NCBI GenBank assembly: GCA_904387305.1
Contig: CAJFLB010000013.1
Coordinates: 195-64,194, forward strand
From: an uncultured Clostridia bacterium
GTDB taxonomy: Bacteria; Bacillota; Clostridia; TANB77; CAG-508
DNA length: 64,000 bases
Reading direction: 5' to 3'
In this document: in pieces, positions 19,562 through 29,653 of the stretch
Position numbering within the stretch: position 1 is the stretch's first letter
Layout of the letters: each line of letters opens with the position of its first letter
Made by a program: the position numbers and the translations under genes
The notes under the pieces: generated by a model
The model's database searches: none
What the model saw: the letters and a program-made list of their open reading frames with translations, nothing else
Told to the model about the DNA's origin: nothing

Positions 19562-21313
19562 TTATTTCTCATCATATTTCATATTGTCACCATATCGTTT
19601 TACTTTCTGAGTAGTTGTTTTCTCAAATTCTTTATCTCTAATAATAAATCCCTTAATATGTTTATAATTTGGTAATTTACTATTAACACTAGAAACAACA
19701 TCAGAAATAATTTTCTTAATTTCTTCTTTCGTAGGAACACTACCTTTTAAATATTCTGAGATGGCTTCTAAATTTGGATATATTTGTGCTTTTACATAAG
19801 TTTCATCATCATCTTCTTCTTGAATTCCTTGTACTAAAGATTCAGAAATTAAAGGATTATCATTTAGATAATATTCTACTTCTTCTGGGTAAATATTTTT
19901 ACCATTTTTCGTTACAATTACACTTTTACATCTACCGGTAATATACAAATATCCATTTTCATCAATTTTTCCTAAATCACCTGTATGGAACCAGCCATCT
20001 TTCATAACGTTTGCAGTTGCTTCTGGGTTATTGTAATATCCTAACATGACATTAGGACCTTTGACAATAATTTCACCAACACCTTCGTTATTTGGAGAAT
20101 CAATCTTATATTCTACATTGGGAATAGGAAGTCCAGCAGCATCATCTTTTTGGAAGAAATCTGTATTTCCAGCAACTAAAGGAGAACACTCTGTTAAACC
20201 ATATCCTTGTAATGTATTTAATTTTAACTTTCTAAAATCAGACAAAATTTCTGGATTAGCAGCGGCAGCTCCGACGATAAATACACGTAATCTTCCACCA
20301 AGTGTATTTTTGACTTTGTTTTTAACAATTTTCTTTATAAAGAAAGGAAGGCTATCAAATGGATTTTCATCTTGATTTTCCTTTCTATATTTTTCTGGCA
20401 ATGTTTTATTCATATTTCTAACAATTGTTTTATGCATTTTTTCTAAAAGTAAAGGAACACATAAAATAACAGAAGGATGAAATTCAGCCATGTTTTTGGA
20501 AATATATCGTAACCCTTCACAATGAGCAATACTAGCACCACTATAAATGGGTAGTAAAAAGCCTAATGTACATTCATAGGTATGATGTAAAGGAAGGACT
20601 GAGAAAAATAAGTCACTTCTTTTTACTTTTACAATTCCATAAGTGGAAAGGATATTAGAACAGATATTTCTTTGTGATAAACAAACCCCTTTGGCATTTC
20701 CAGTTGTACCAGAAGTAAATAACAAAATACGTAATTCATCAGGATCAACTTGAATTGTATCAAAATCGTGAAATCCATTTAAATAACTATCTTTTCCAAT
20801 AACTTTAATATTATCAAAATATAAAATGTCATTTGTTTTAGAATCGATTTTATCAAAAGAAACCAGTACAGTTTCTTTATTATTCAATTTGTTAGCATTC
20901 TCTTTTACAGAAGATAAATTTTTTAAATCTCCTAAAATACAAACTGTTTCTGAAACATTCATAAAATTAATGACATCATCACAATGTAATTCTTTGTCAA
21001 TGGGAACAACAACACCTACGATAGAAGCAGCCATATAAGAGACGCACCATTTGTAACTATTTTTTCCAATAACGGCAATTGGTTTGTTTAAAAAGCCGCG
21101 TTTGATTAAATCAGTTCCTAAATAGACAACATCATTTTTAAATTCTTCATAAGTAATAGAAATTATATTTCCATTCTCGTCTTTTTCTTTAAAAGCAGTT
21201 CTAGATTTAAAATTTTCGCTAGATCTGTATAACATATCTTTAAAATTTGTAACTTCGACCGTTTTATGATATTTTAATTTTAGTTGTTCAGAAATTGGTA
21301 AATTTGTTTTCAT
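19562..21313 (-). CDS. long-chain fatty acid-CoA ligase (AMP-binding enzyme family)
   Basis: LFTSGTTGNAKGV AMP-binding motif, GYGLTE, GWFHTGDLG, 583 aa. Confidence 0.85.
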   Translation of the reverse strand: MKTNLPISEQLKLKYHKTVEVTNFKDMLYRSSENFKSRTAFKEKDENGNIISITYEEFKNDVVYLGTDLIKRGFLNKPIAVIGKNSYKWCVSYMAASIVGVVVPIDKELHCDDVINFMNVSETVCILGDLKNLSSVKENANKLNNKETVLVSFDKIDSKTNDILYFDNIKVIGKDSYLNGFHDFDTIQVDPDELRILLFTSGTTGNAKGVCLSQRNICSNILSTYGIVKVKRSDLFFSVLPLHHTYECTLGFLLPIYSGASIAHCEGLRYISKNMAEFHPSVILCVPLLLEKMHKTIVRNMNKTLPEKYRKENQDENPFDSLPFFIKKIVKNKVKNTLGGRLRVFIVGAAAANPEILSDFRKLKLNTLQGYGLTECSPLVAGNTDFFQKDDAAGLPIPNVEYKIDSPNNEGVGEIIVKGPNVMLGYYNNPEATANVMKDGWFHTGDLGKIDENGYLYITGRCKSVIVTKNGKNIYPEEVEYYLNDNPLISESLVQGIQEEDDDETYVKAQIYPNLEAISEYLKGSVPTKEEIKKIISDVVSSVNSKLPNYKHIKGFIIRDKEFEKTTTQKVKRYGDNMKYDEK

Positions 21314-21386
21314 TTTTATTAATCCTCCTCATCCAGATAATATCTGTAATTTATTATACACTACCACAATCATGTAGAATTATGTA

Positions 21387-22184
21387 TTAGTTATATCGAT
21401 AAAAAGTATAATTTGTATCTTGTTTGATTGTTAAATTACCATCAAGTATAGTTTTATCTTCAGAAGAAAGTGGAATATCAATAGACACAGTTGTTTTAAA
21501 ATCTTCATCTAGATTATTGGTAATATAAATATCGAAGGAAAGGTTACAACTGATATCTTCTAGATTAATATTACATTTTTGCAATAAAGAACCATCATAT
21601 GTAATCGGTGATGAAATATCTGTTATGGTATAATCAGATTTTATATTGGAATTCACATAACTAAGAGTTAAAGGGTTTGCTAAATTATTATATAAAGTTG
21701 GTGTGCTTAAATCTGCTTCATCGCTAGAAGAAACTGTAAATTCAAAAGCATCTGTGATTTTATTTTCTTCTGTTATATCACTTTTGGAAAAAGCATTAAT
21801 ACTTTTAAAATATAAGCTTGGTTCTCCTAGTTTTGGTGTGTTTGAAAATTGTATATTTTCAATGTAAACTTTCTTTAAAGTATTTTCTAATGTATCTTTA
21901 TCAGATGTATTTTTTATAAATAAAGCAATATCTGTGTATTGATATAAATTTTGTATTGTGAAGTTATTGGCGGTATTTGTTTTGTAACCTGCATCAGCAC
22001 TACTAAATAAAGTAATAGAATCCACTGTGAAAATTGTAGACTGGTTTTTATCAGCAAAACTTAAAATATCATCTTCAAAAATTTTTTTAAATACATATTT
22101 TTGAAAAACTAAAAATCCAAGAAAAATTACAACACAAATTAAGATAATTGTAATAATGGTTAAAATTATCTTTGTTTTTTTCAT
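21387..22184 (-). CDS. hypothetical membrane-anchored extracytoplasmic protein
   Basis: GGAGG RBS before MKKTKIILTIITIILICVVIFLGFLVF (signal anchor). The rest is Ser/Thr/Asn-rich with no recognised domain. Confidence 0.55.
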   Translation of the reverse strand: MKKTKIILTIITIILICVVIFLGFLVFQKYVFKKIFEDDILSFADKNQSTIFTVDSITLFSSADAGYKTNTANNFTIQNLYQYTDIALFIKNTSDKDTLENTLKKVYIENIQFSNTPKLGEPSLYFKSINAFSKSDITEENKITDAFEFTVSSSDEADLSTPTLYNNLANPLTLSYVNSNIKSDYTITDISSPITYDGSLLQKCNINLEDISCNLSFDIYITNNLDEDFKTTVSIDIPLSSEDKTILDGNLTIKQDTNYTFYRYN

Positions 22185-22596
22185 AAATTCCTCCATAGTA
22201 AACAACTATATCATAGTATAAAAAAGCAAGAAAATCAATAGGAAAAAACAATAGGAATTTTCCAGAATTTTAAATTGACAAAAATAGACACAAAGGGTAA
22301 AATGATGATAGGTGATTATGTGAAAACAAAAGAAAAGAAAGGGAAAAAAGTAAAAATAACGATTTAAAATTTTATATATTTTTTAGTTTTGTGATGTTTA
22401 TATTATATTCTTTTTTATAATCTATATATGAAACAGATAAAAATTGAACAAATTGTGTATATTAGCGTATGTAATATTTGTATAATAAATTGTAAAAAAT
22501 TCTTGCTATTTTTCTAAAGTTATTGTATGATATATAGGTATAAGAAAAAATAGGGAGTATTTTGCCAAAAATAAAGAAGAAAGGGGCAACAGATAG

Positions 22597-23004
22597 ATGA
22601 AAAAAGCAATAATCATTGTTACAATATTCATAATTGTTTTTGGAATGTTTATTTGCACAAATACAGTTAATGCAGCTGATCAAGCAATTGATGAAGAAAC
22701 AGAAAGTAGATTGGTAGAAATAAAAGAAAATACAGCCAATTCTTTAAAAGATTATCAAGAAAAATATGGCTCAGATATATATGGACTGGTAGCCTATATA
22801 TTAAATATCATTAGAATTTATAGTATACCATTTTGTTTTCTAGGAATTGCTATAGGTGCTATTCACAAATATGTAGTAGGTATTAGAAAATTAGATACTT
22901 TAGAGAAAGGTCTAGGACTAATTGTAACTTTTGTAACAATATTAATTATATGCCAAGTATTACCACTAGCATTTGCAGTGTTTGTAAAATTTGGAAGGGG
23001 GTAA
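22597..23004 (+). CDS. small secreted or membrane protein (signal peptide plus two C-terminal TM helices)
   Basis: MKKAIIIVTIFIIVFGMFICTNTVNA-ADQ signal peptide. The topology resembles TrbC/VirB2-type pilins, but I cannot verify any sequence similarity. Confidence 0.6.
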   Translation: MKKAIIIVTIFIIVFGMFICTNTVNAADQAIDEETESRLVEIKENTANSLKDYQEKYGSDIYGLVAYILNIIRIYSIPFCFLGIAIGAIHKYVVGIRKLDTLEKGLGLIVTFVTILIICQVLPLAFAVFVKFGRG

Positions 23005-23007
23005 CAA

Positions 23008-25518
23008 ATGAAAGTTTTATTTGCTGTAAGTAATGAGGAAATTTCACAAGCTATTATAAAAAAATATCAAAAAGAATATAAAGAAATTATTTCACATAAA
23101 AATGTATATTACTTTAATGCAATATTAAAAGAAATACAAAAGGATAAATCGTATGATAGAATTGTTATCAGCGAAGATTTAGAGGCTTTTTCACATACGC
23201 AATATGATCAAATTGATAAATTTATATTTGAAAAATTAGATAGTATTAGTGATGAAGCATCTAATATGAGGGGAAGTGACATACCAATTATCTTAATTTG
23301 TTTAGATAGAAGAACAAAATCTGAGCAAATGTTAGTAAAATTATTTGGTATAGGAGTTTACAATGCTATACTTGGAAATGATAGAAGTGTTGATGAAGTT
23401 TGTCGACTAATTCATAGACCAAGATTAAAAAAAGAAGCAAAAGCATATTATAAGATTGATGCAGAAGAAGTATCTTACCAAGCTGAAAATGAAAATGATG
23501 TTAGCGAAATGGAAATACAAAATATTTTGGCACATTATAAAAGTTTGGGAAAAGATGAAGATAGGTATATTGACAGTTTTAATAATATTGCAGCACAATA
23601 CAATGACACACAATTGAGAATTATTACAAAGTTTTTACCATTAAATGTAAGAGCGGTATTAGAAGAAAGATCACCTAAATATCAGAAAATCATGTCATTT
23701 AATAATAAAGTATCAAATAGTTTAAGACAGGATAAGAAAAAGGAAGAAGCAGGAACAAGTGAAAAGTTGCTAAAACCAAAGGATAAAACAATTGCAATGA
23801 CAAAACCAGTTGTTATACCTTCTTCTGTGAATATGACAGGTGTTAAAAAAATGTCTAAACCTAAAAAAACACAAGAACAACAAACTTTACATCAAGTAAC
23901 ACAACAACAGTCAGTTCATCAAGTAGCACAACAAGTAAAATCTGTTTCAACTATAAACGAAGAAGATAAAAATACAGAAAGAGAATCAAAAATATTAGAA
24001 ACACCAGATGCTTCTGTAGAGGAAGTAGTACAAACACCACAACAACCAGTAAAAAGAGGAAGAGGAAGACCGAGAAAGAATCCAGTCCCTATGGAGACAA
24101 CACAAGAAACAAAACCAGCCAAAAGAGGAAGGGGAAGACCAAGAAAAAATCCAGTTCCTGTGGAGGAAGAAACAATTTTACCAGGATTTGAAGAGCCTAA
24201 AGAGAATACTGTACTACCAGGATTTGATGAAATAGAAACAGAAGAAAATGATATGGTATTACCAGGATTTCAAGACAATAGTAATGATACAATATTACCT
24301 GGATTCCAAGAAGAAGATGATAATGACACTTCTGATTCTATTTTACCAGGATTTGAAGATGATACAAATGATACAATTTTACCAGGATTTGATAATACTC
24401 AAGATAATGAGGAAAATGATATGGTATTACCAGGATTTGAAGAAGTTGATTCTATACCAGAATCTGATTCTAATCATAAAGAAGAACCATCATTTAATTA
24501 TTCTCAAAACATGAATCAGAATTCTTATAACAATCAATATCAACAAAGTTATCAAAATACATATGATGAATATGCTCCTTCAAATTCAAGAGATATGACG
24601 AGAAAAAACAATGATTATGTTCAAACAATAGATATATCATCACTTTTAACATCTGATAAGAAAATTGTTACATTTGTTGGAACAAGTAAAAATGGTACAT
24701 CATTTATTGTAAATAATGTAGCACAATTATTATCATCAATGGGAATCAATGTAGCCATTTTAGATACAACAGCTAATAGAAATTCATATTATATATATAC
24801 AAAAAATGAAGAGGCTTTAAGAAATATTGCTGCAAATAGTATTGAACAATTGTCAGAAGGAATCGCGAATGGAATACAAGTAAATAAAAATTTAACAGTG
24901 TTTACATCTTTACCAGATGAACAAGATTCTATTAGCAGAGTAGATGAAATTTTAGAAACATTAGTAAAAAATTATTCTTTGATATTAATTGATTGTGATT
25001 TTAATACACCAGTGGGATATTTTAAACAATCATTAGAAACTTATTTAGTACAATCATTAGATATCCTTACAATACAACCACTCACAGCTTTTTTAAGAGA
25101 ATTAAAGGCAAAAAATATACTAGAAGAAGGAAAATTAAAGATTATATTAAATAAATTTGTAAAAATTAAAGGAATTAATGAGAAAACAATCATTGGAGGA
25201 ATGGCTTTTTATAATGATCCTGCTATGTCATTTATGACAGAATTATTTGATAGAAGTTTAATAAAATATATAACAATACCTTTTGAAGAAGAAATATATA
25301 TAAAATATTTAGAAGGAATTATTAATTGTGATATTGATTTAAAAGGATATTCTAAGAATTTTATGCAGATATTAAAATCTTTAGGAAATATGATATATCC
25401 ATTAGTTTCAGGCAAGGGAACATATAGACCACCAACAGTTGGAGGAGAAAATAGTCAGTCAGGTGTATTTTCTCCAAGCATGAATAATACATTAAATCAG
25501 ATGAAAAGAAATTTTTAA
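23008..25518 (+). CDS. 836-aa multidomain protein: receiver-like N-terminus, two AT-hooks, seven LPGF motifs, degenerate MinD/ParA-like C-terminal domain
   Basis: N-terminus MKVLFAVSNEE...DRIVISEDL. KRGRGRPRKNPVP occurs twice. [ILV]LPGF[EDQ] occurs seven times, separated by acidic linkers. C-terminus KIVTFVGTSKNGTSFIVNNVAQLLSSMGINVAILD...LILIDCD, i.e. a P-loop lacking the GK[ST] lysine. Confidence 0.7.
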   Translation: MKVLFAVSNEEISQAIIKKYQKEYKEIISHKNVYYFNAILKEIQKDKSYDRIVISEDLEAFSHTQYDQIDKFIFEKLDSISDEASNMRGSDIPIILICLDRRTKSEQMLVKLFGIGVYNAILGNDRSVDEVCRLIHRPRLKKEAKAYYKIDAEEVSYQAENENDVSEMEIQNILAHYKSLGKDEDRYIDSFNNIAAQYNDTQLRIITKFLPLNVRAVLEERSPKYQKIMSFNNKVSNSLRQDKKKEEAGTSEKLLKPKDKTIAMTKPVVIPSSVNMTGVKKMSKPKKTQEQQTLHQVTQQQSVHQVAQQVKSVSTINEEDKNTERESKILETPDASVEEVVQTPQQPVKRGRGRPRKNPVPMETTQETKPAKRGRGRPRKNPVPVEEETILPGFEEPKENTVLPGFDEIETEENDMVLPGFQDNSNDTILPGFQEEDDNDTSDSILPGFEDDTNDTILPGFDNTQDNEENDMVLPGFEEVDSIPESDSNHKEEPSFNYSQNMNQNSYNNQYQQSYQNTYDEYAPSNSRDMTRKNNDYVQTIDISSLLTSDKKIVTFVGTSKNGTSFIVNNVAQLLSSMGINVAILDTTANRNSYYIYTKNEEALRNIAANSIEQLSEGIANGIQVNKNLTVFTSLPDEQDSISRVDEILETLVKNYSLILIDCDFNTPVGYFKQSLETYLVQSLDILTIQPLTAFLRELKAKNILEEGKLKIILNKFVKIKGINEKTIIGGMAFYNDPAMSFMTELFDRSLIKYITIPFEEEIYIKYLEGIINCDIDLKGYSKNFMQILKSLGNMIYPLVSGKGTYRPPTVGGENSQSGVFSPSMNNTLNQMKRNF

Positions 25519-25534
25519 ATAGGAGGAATTAACA

Positions 25535-26662
25535 GTGATAATAGGGGTTGCTGTAGTATTAGTAATAATTGTAATTGTACTAGTTGTTTATAATGTAAAA
25601 ATTAGCCAGAAAATTCAAAAATTTAAAAATATTAATCAGAAAATTACTAATCTACAAGTTGTACAAGATTTTATGAATGCAATTGGCGAAACATCTTCAG
25701 TAGATGAAAAAATAAAAAAGATAAATAATATATTAATTGAAAAATATGAAATTAAATATTCAACCATTGTTGTTTTTAATGGTGCAGAATATGAAATAAA
25801 GGCATCTAATGTAGATCAAAGACACTGGGATTCATTAAAATCTTTACAAGATGTAGATATGTTTAAGGACAGTATACAAACAGCTACTCCAAAATATGTT
25901 ACTGTCAATAATGAGAATGAGAGACTTCCATATCAAAAAATGGAATTTGGAAGAGCAAAATCAGCAATATTCTTTCCATTATATATAGATAATGTATATA
26001 TTGGATACTGGATACTAGAAAGTGGTACGCCACATGATTTTGATAATGTTGATATAACTATTTTAGAAGTTATAAAAGATAATATTGTATCTGTATTAAA
26101 AACAGTTGTACACCAAAAAACATTAGAGTCAATTGTAAGAACAGATTTGTTTACAGGATTGTATTCAGAAGAATACTTATATGGAGAAGGTAAAAAAATT
26201 ATAGATCAATATACCATATCAACAATTTGTATGTTTAAAATTATTAACATAGAAGAGATTAATAAGAATTATTGTAGAGAATTAGGAAATCAAGTTATAA
26301 AAGAAATTAGCCGATATGTCCAAGATAATATTTCAGAAGATTATGTATTTGTTAGATATATGGGACCTAAATTTGTTATTGCTTTCTCAGGAGTAGATAC
26401 AGAAGGAGTAGCAGCATTTATTAATGATATCAAAGAGCATATTGAACAAATGAAAATATCTTTACCAGAAAGCGGAATAGAGTATACAACTGAAAGTAAT
26501 GAAAATAAGAATATGGATATGTCAAAACAAGAAGTAACACCAATTATAAATGTTGTATTATCGTCATATTATAAAGGAACTGGATTGGAAGAAGTTCTAA
26601 AAAAATTGGAAGAATATTTAGATAATGCAGATATACAAGAAAGTGATATAACCAATATATGA
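25535..26662 (+). CDS. membrane-anchored protein with a GAF-like region and a degenerate GGDEF domain
   Basis: GTG start after an AGGAGG RBS; N-terminal TM helix. DLFTGLYSEEYL (versus D.LTGL.NR) and RYMGPKF in place of RxGGDEF suggest a catalytically inactive domain. Confidence 0.6.
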   Translation: MIIGVAVVLVIIVIVLVVYNVKISQKIQKFKNINQKITNLQVVQDFMNAIGETSSVDEKIKKINNILIEKYEIKYSTIVVFNGAEYEIKASNVDQRHWDSLKSLQDVDMFKDSIQTATPKYVTVNNENERLPYQKMEFGRAKSAIFFPLYIDNVYIGYWILESGTPHDFDNVDITILEVIKDNIVSVLKTVVHQKTLESIVRTDLFTGLYSEEYLYGEGKKIIDQYTISTICMFKIINIEEINKNYCRELGNQVIKEISRYVQDNISEDYVFVRYMGPKFVIAFSGVDTEGVAAFINDIKEHIEQMKISLPESGIEYTTESNENKNMDMSKQEVTPIINVVLSSYYKGTGLEEVLKKLEEYLDNADIQESDITNI

Positions 26663-26742
26663 TGATTAATATTGTGATTATTATAATTGAGATAAAAGTT
26701 TGAGTTTACTATACAATAAAAAACGAATAAGGAGGAAATTGT

Positions 26743-27000
26743 ATGGAATTTGATAAAACAATGAATTTTAAAGTAGAGAGAGAACAAAATGCAAAAAGCC
26801 AAGAAATTTTAAAAGACGTGTATGAAGCTTTAATGGAAAAAGGTTATAATCCTATTAACCAAATCGTAGGGTATATTTTATCAGGAGACCCTACATATAT
26901 AACAAGTCATAATGATGCAAGAAATAAAATTAGAACAATTGAAAGAGATGAATTGTTGGAAAAAATGTTAAAAAAATATATAGGATTAGAAGAGGACTAA
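26743..27000 (+). CDS. ireB: IreB family regulatory phosphoprotein (UPF0297)
   Basis: [28 protein letters not shown] motif; followed by ruvX as in other Firmicutes. Confidence 0.85.
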   Translation: MEFDKTMNFKVEREQNAKSQEILKDVYEALMEKGYNPINQIVGYILSGDPTYITSHNDARNKIRTIERDELLEKMLKKYIGLEED

Positions 27001-27001
27001 T

Positions 27002-27439
27002 ATGAGAATATTAGGAATAGACTATGGAGATGCAAGAGTAGGAATAGCGATAACAGACGAATTGAATATAACAGCACAAGGACTGGAAACAATACAAAGA
27101 AACAATTCTGATAAAATAGTATTAAAAAGACTAGATGAAATCTTAGAAACATATAAGATTGATACAATAGTGGTAGGGTTGCCATTGAATATGGATGGAA
27201 CGATGTCTGAAAGAGGAGAAATTACTAAAAAATTTGTTCATAAATTAAAATGTAAATATAATAAGATAAAAATAGAAGTCATTGATGAAAGACTAACTAC
27301 TGTTGCAGCCCACAAAACAATGAATTTTTTAGATGTGAATAAGCATAAAAAAAGAAATATCGTTGATACTATATCTGCAGTATATATTTTGGAAACATAT
27401 TTAAATAAATTAAAAAATACATTGAAAAATTCGTTTTAA
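27002..27439 (+). CDS. ruvX: Holliday junction resolvase-like / pre-16S rRNA nuclease RuvX (YqgF)
   Basis: MRILGIDYGDARVGIAITDEL, GLPLNMDGT, DERLTT motifs. Confidence 0.9.
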   Translation: MRILGIDYGDARVGIAITDELNITAQGLETIQRNNSDKIVLKRLDEILETYKIDTIVVGLPLNMDGTMSERGEITKKFVHKLKCKYNKIKIEVIDERLTTVAAHKTMNFLDVNKHKKRNIVDTISAVYILETYLNKLKNTLKNSF

Positions 27440-27492
27440 TCATGTATTATATGTAATGTATAATAAAATAAATAAATTGAAAGGAGAAATTT

Positions 27493-27804
27493 ATGAACGA
27501 TAACGAAAATTATGAAGGAGAAGATTTAGATAACATAGTAATATTAAATGATGAAGAAGGAAATGAAGTAAGATTTGAATTCTTGGATTTAGTAGAACTA
27601 GAAGATGAAGAATATGTTGTTTTATTACCAATTGCAGAAGAAGGAGAAGAAGAGGAAGGCGAAGTAGTTATTCTAAAAGTAGAAGATACAGATGAAGAAT
27701 CAGATGAAGAATCTTATGTAAGTGTTGATGATGAAGATACACTTAATAGAGTTTTTGAAATTTTTAAAGAAAAATTTAAAGATGATTTTGATTTTGTAGA
27801 TTAA
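27493..27804 (+). CDS. DUF1292 family acidic protein
   Basis: Highly acidic ~100-aa protein (ILNDEEGNEVRFEFLDLVELEDEEYVVLLP) in the conserved position after ruvX. Confidence 0.75.
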   Translation: MNDNENYEGEDLDNIVILNDEEGNEVRFEFLDLVELEDEEYVVLLPIAEEGEEEEGEVVILKVEDTDEESDEESYVSVDDEDTLNRVFEIFKEKFKDDFDFVD

Positions 27805-27807
27805 TTA

Positions 27808-27836
27808 AATAAGGCGAATTTTATTCGCCTTATTTG
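27808..27836 (+). terminator. terminator hairpin after the DUF1292 gene
   Basis: AATAAGGCGAA / TTCGCCTTATT stem. Confidence 0.65.
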
Positions 27837-27946
27837 TAGTATAGGAAAATTACTTTTCCTATACTACAAATAATAACGTTGCACAGAAAAATTGCTACGC
27901 AATTTTTCAAGATTTGTCTGTTATAGAATAAAAGGAGGAATTACTA

Positions 27947-28426
27947 ATGAGAAATTTTTCTACATGGTTATTAGTTTGCTTTATGGTAATGTACTGGGTA
28001 TTTAGAATTATGGTTGCATTAATGGCACAAATGCACCAAAATTTTATTGTACAACCATTTAATGCAACAATAGAAATTATCCTATTATTTATTGTATTAG
28101 TATGCTTAATTTTAATCGTAAAAAGAAAAATGGCAGGAGCTTTGATTTATTTAATTGCTTACGTAATGTATTTTGGATCAGATGTGACAACAAAAATTAC
28201 AACTTTAATTGAAGATTCTTCACAATTGGGATTAAATGACTATACAGCATTAATCATATCTTTGATAGGAATTATTTTACCAATAGCGGTATTATTAGAT
28301 TTACTAGCAGATAAAAATAGAAAAGCACATCCTAAAGATGAAAAGACAGATTGGTTTTACAAAAATGAAGCATATGATAGAAAACTAGATGATAGAGCTG
28401 ACAAAAATAATTATAGAACAATGTAA
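27947..28426 (+). CDS. hypothetical integral membrane protein (4 TM)
   Basis: AGGAGG RBS, four hydrophobic helices, charged C-terminal tail. Confidence 0.6.
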   Translation: MRNFSTWLLVCFMVMYWVFRIMVALMAQMHQNFIVQPFNATIEIILLFIVLVCLILIVKRKMAGALIYLIAYVMYFGSDVTTKITTLIEDSSQLGLNDYTALIISLIGIILPIAVLLDLLADKNRKAHPKDEKTDWFYKNEAYDRKLDDRADKNNYRTM

Positions 28427-28468
28427 GAAAAGAGTGTATCAATGAATCCTATATAATAAAAAATTAGG

Positions 28469-28502
28469 GACATTTGGGAACGAGTCTCAAATGTCTTTTT
28501 TC
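28469..28502 (+). terminator. rho-independent terminator
   Basis: GACATTTG / CAAATGTC stem followed by TTTTTT. Confidence 0.8.
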
Positions 28503-28595
28503 TTGAATAGGAAACAACTTATATTATGATTAAGTAAAAAGAATATATGAATATAATTTAGAAAAGATTTTTGAGAGATGTTATTATAAGAAAGG

Positions 28596-29498
28596 ATGAT
28601 GGAAATGGAAAATAATATGAATATCAACTGGTATCCAGGTCACATGGCAAAAACCAAAAGACAAATTATGGAAGATGTAAGGTTGGTTGATATTGTTATT
28701 GAATTGTTAGATGCACGTATTCCTGTATCTAGCCAGAATCCAGATATAGCAGAAATCACAAAAAACAAAAAGAAAATTATTGTGTTAAATAAATGCGATT
28801 TGGCAGATGAAAGACAAAATAAAAAATGGGTGGAATATTTTAAAACAAAAAATATTCCAGCAGTTTTAACAGATTCTAATTCTGGAAAAGGAATAGAGGA
28901 ATGTGTTAGAAAAATAGAAAAGATTATGGAAGAAGAATTAAAAGATCAAGCTATAAAAGGAAGAGTGGGAAGAAAAATAAAAGCAATGGTATTAGGTATT
29001 CCAAATGTAGGAAAATCTTCATTTATCAATAGAATTTCTAAAAAGACGTCTGCTGGTGTGGGAAATAAACCAGGTGTTACAAAGCAAAAACAATGGATTC
29101 GTATCAATGAAAAAATCGAATTATTAGATACACCGGGAGTATTATGGCCAAAATTTGAAAGTGAGGAAGTTGCTTTACATCTTGCGTTCACAGGAACGAT
29201 AAAAGAGGATATTTTGCAGAGAACAGAAATTGCCTATCATTTAGCAAAATTTTTAATAGAAAGTTATCCAAAACAATTATGTGAGAGATATAAACTAACA
29301 GAAGAATATATTAATGAACAAATGCAAAATGAAGAAAGACCAGAAAATGAGAATATTTATGAAATCTTTTTAGCAATCGGTAAAAAAAGAGGTTGCATCA
29401 TTTCTGGTGGTAATATTGATGAAGAGAAAACCGCAAGGATTCTATTAGATGAGTTTAAAAATGGTAAGATAGGAAGAATTACATTAGAAGAAGCTTAG
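28596..29498 (+). CDS. rbgA: ribosome biogenesis GTPase A (RbgA/YlqF)
   Basis: INWYPGHMAKT, circularly permuted G motifs (LNKCDL, GIPNVGKSS, DTPG). The true start may be ATG 28617 (MNINWYPGH). Confidence 0.88.
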   Translation: MMEMENNMNINWYPGHMAKTKRQIMEDVRLVDIVIELLDARIPVSSQNPDIAEITKNKKKIIVLNKCDLADERQNKKWVEYFKTKNIPAVLTDSNSGKGIEECVRKIEKIMEEELKDQAIKGRVGRKIKAMVLGIPNVGKSSFINRISKKTSAGVGNKPGVTKQKQWIRINEKIELLDTPGVLWPKFESEEVALHLAFTGTIKEDILQRTEIAYHLAKFLIESYPKQLCERYKLTEEYINEQMQNEERPENENIYEIFLAIGKKRGCIISGGNIDEEKTARILLDEFKNGKIGRITLEEA

Positions 29499-29653
29499 AA
29501 ATACTTTTTATAAAAAGATAATCATGATAAAATCAAAATTACTTATATAGAAGATTTAGAATTATATTTTGTAATAATGGCTTATTGGAAAAAAAACAAT
29601 AAAAATATAAAAAATTGTATGGAAAAAATAAGAATAAAAAAGGAAGAAAAGAA

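Noticed and set aside
24248-24514. 88-aa alternative-frame ORF with repetitive YQDLK motifs
   Set aside because: It is an out-of-frame reading of the LPGF repeat DNA within the 836-aa gene.
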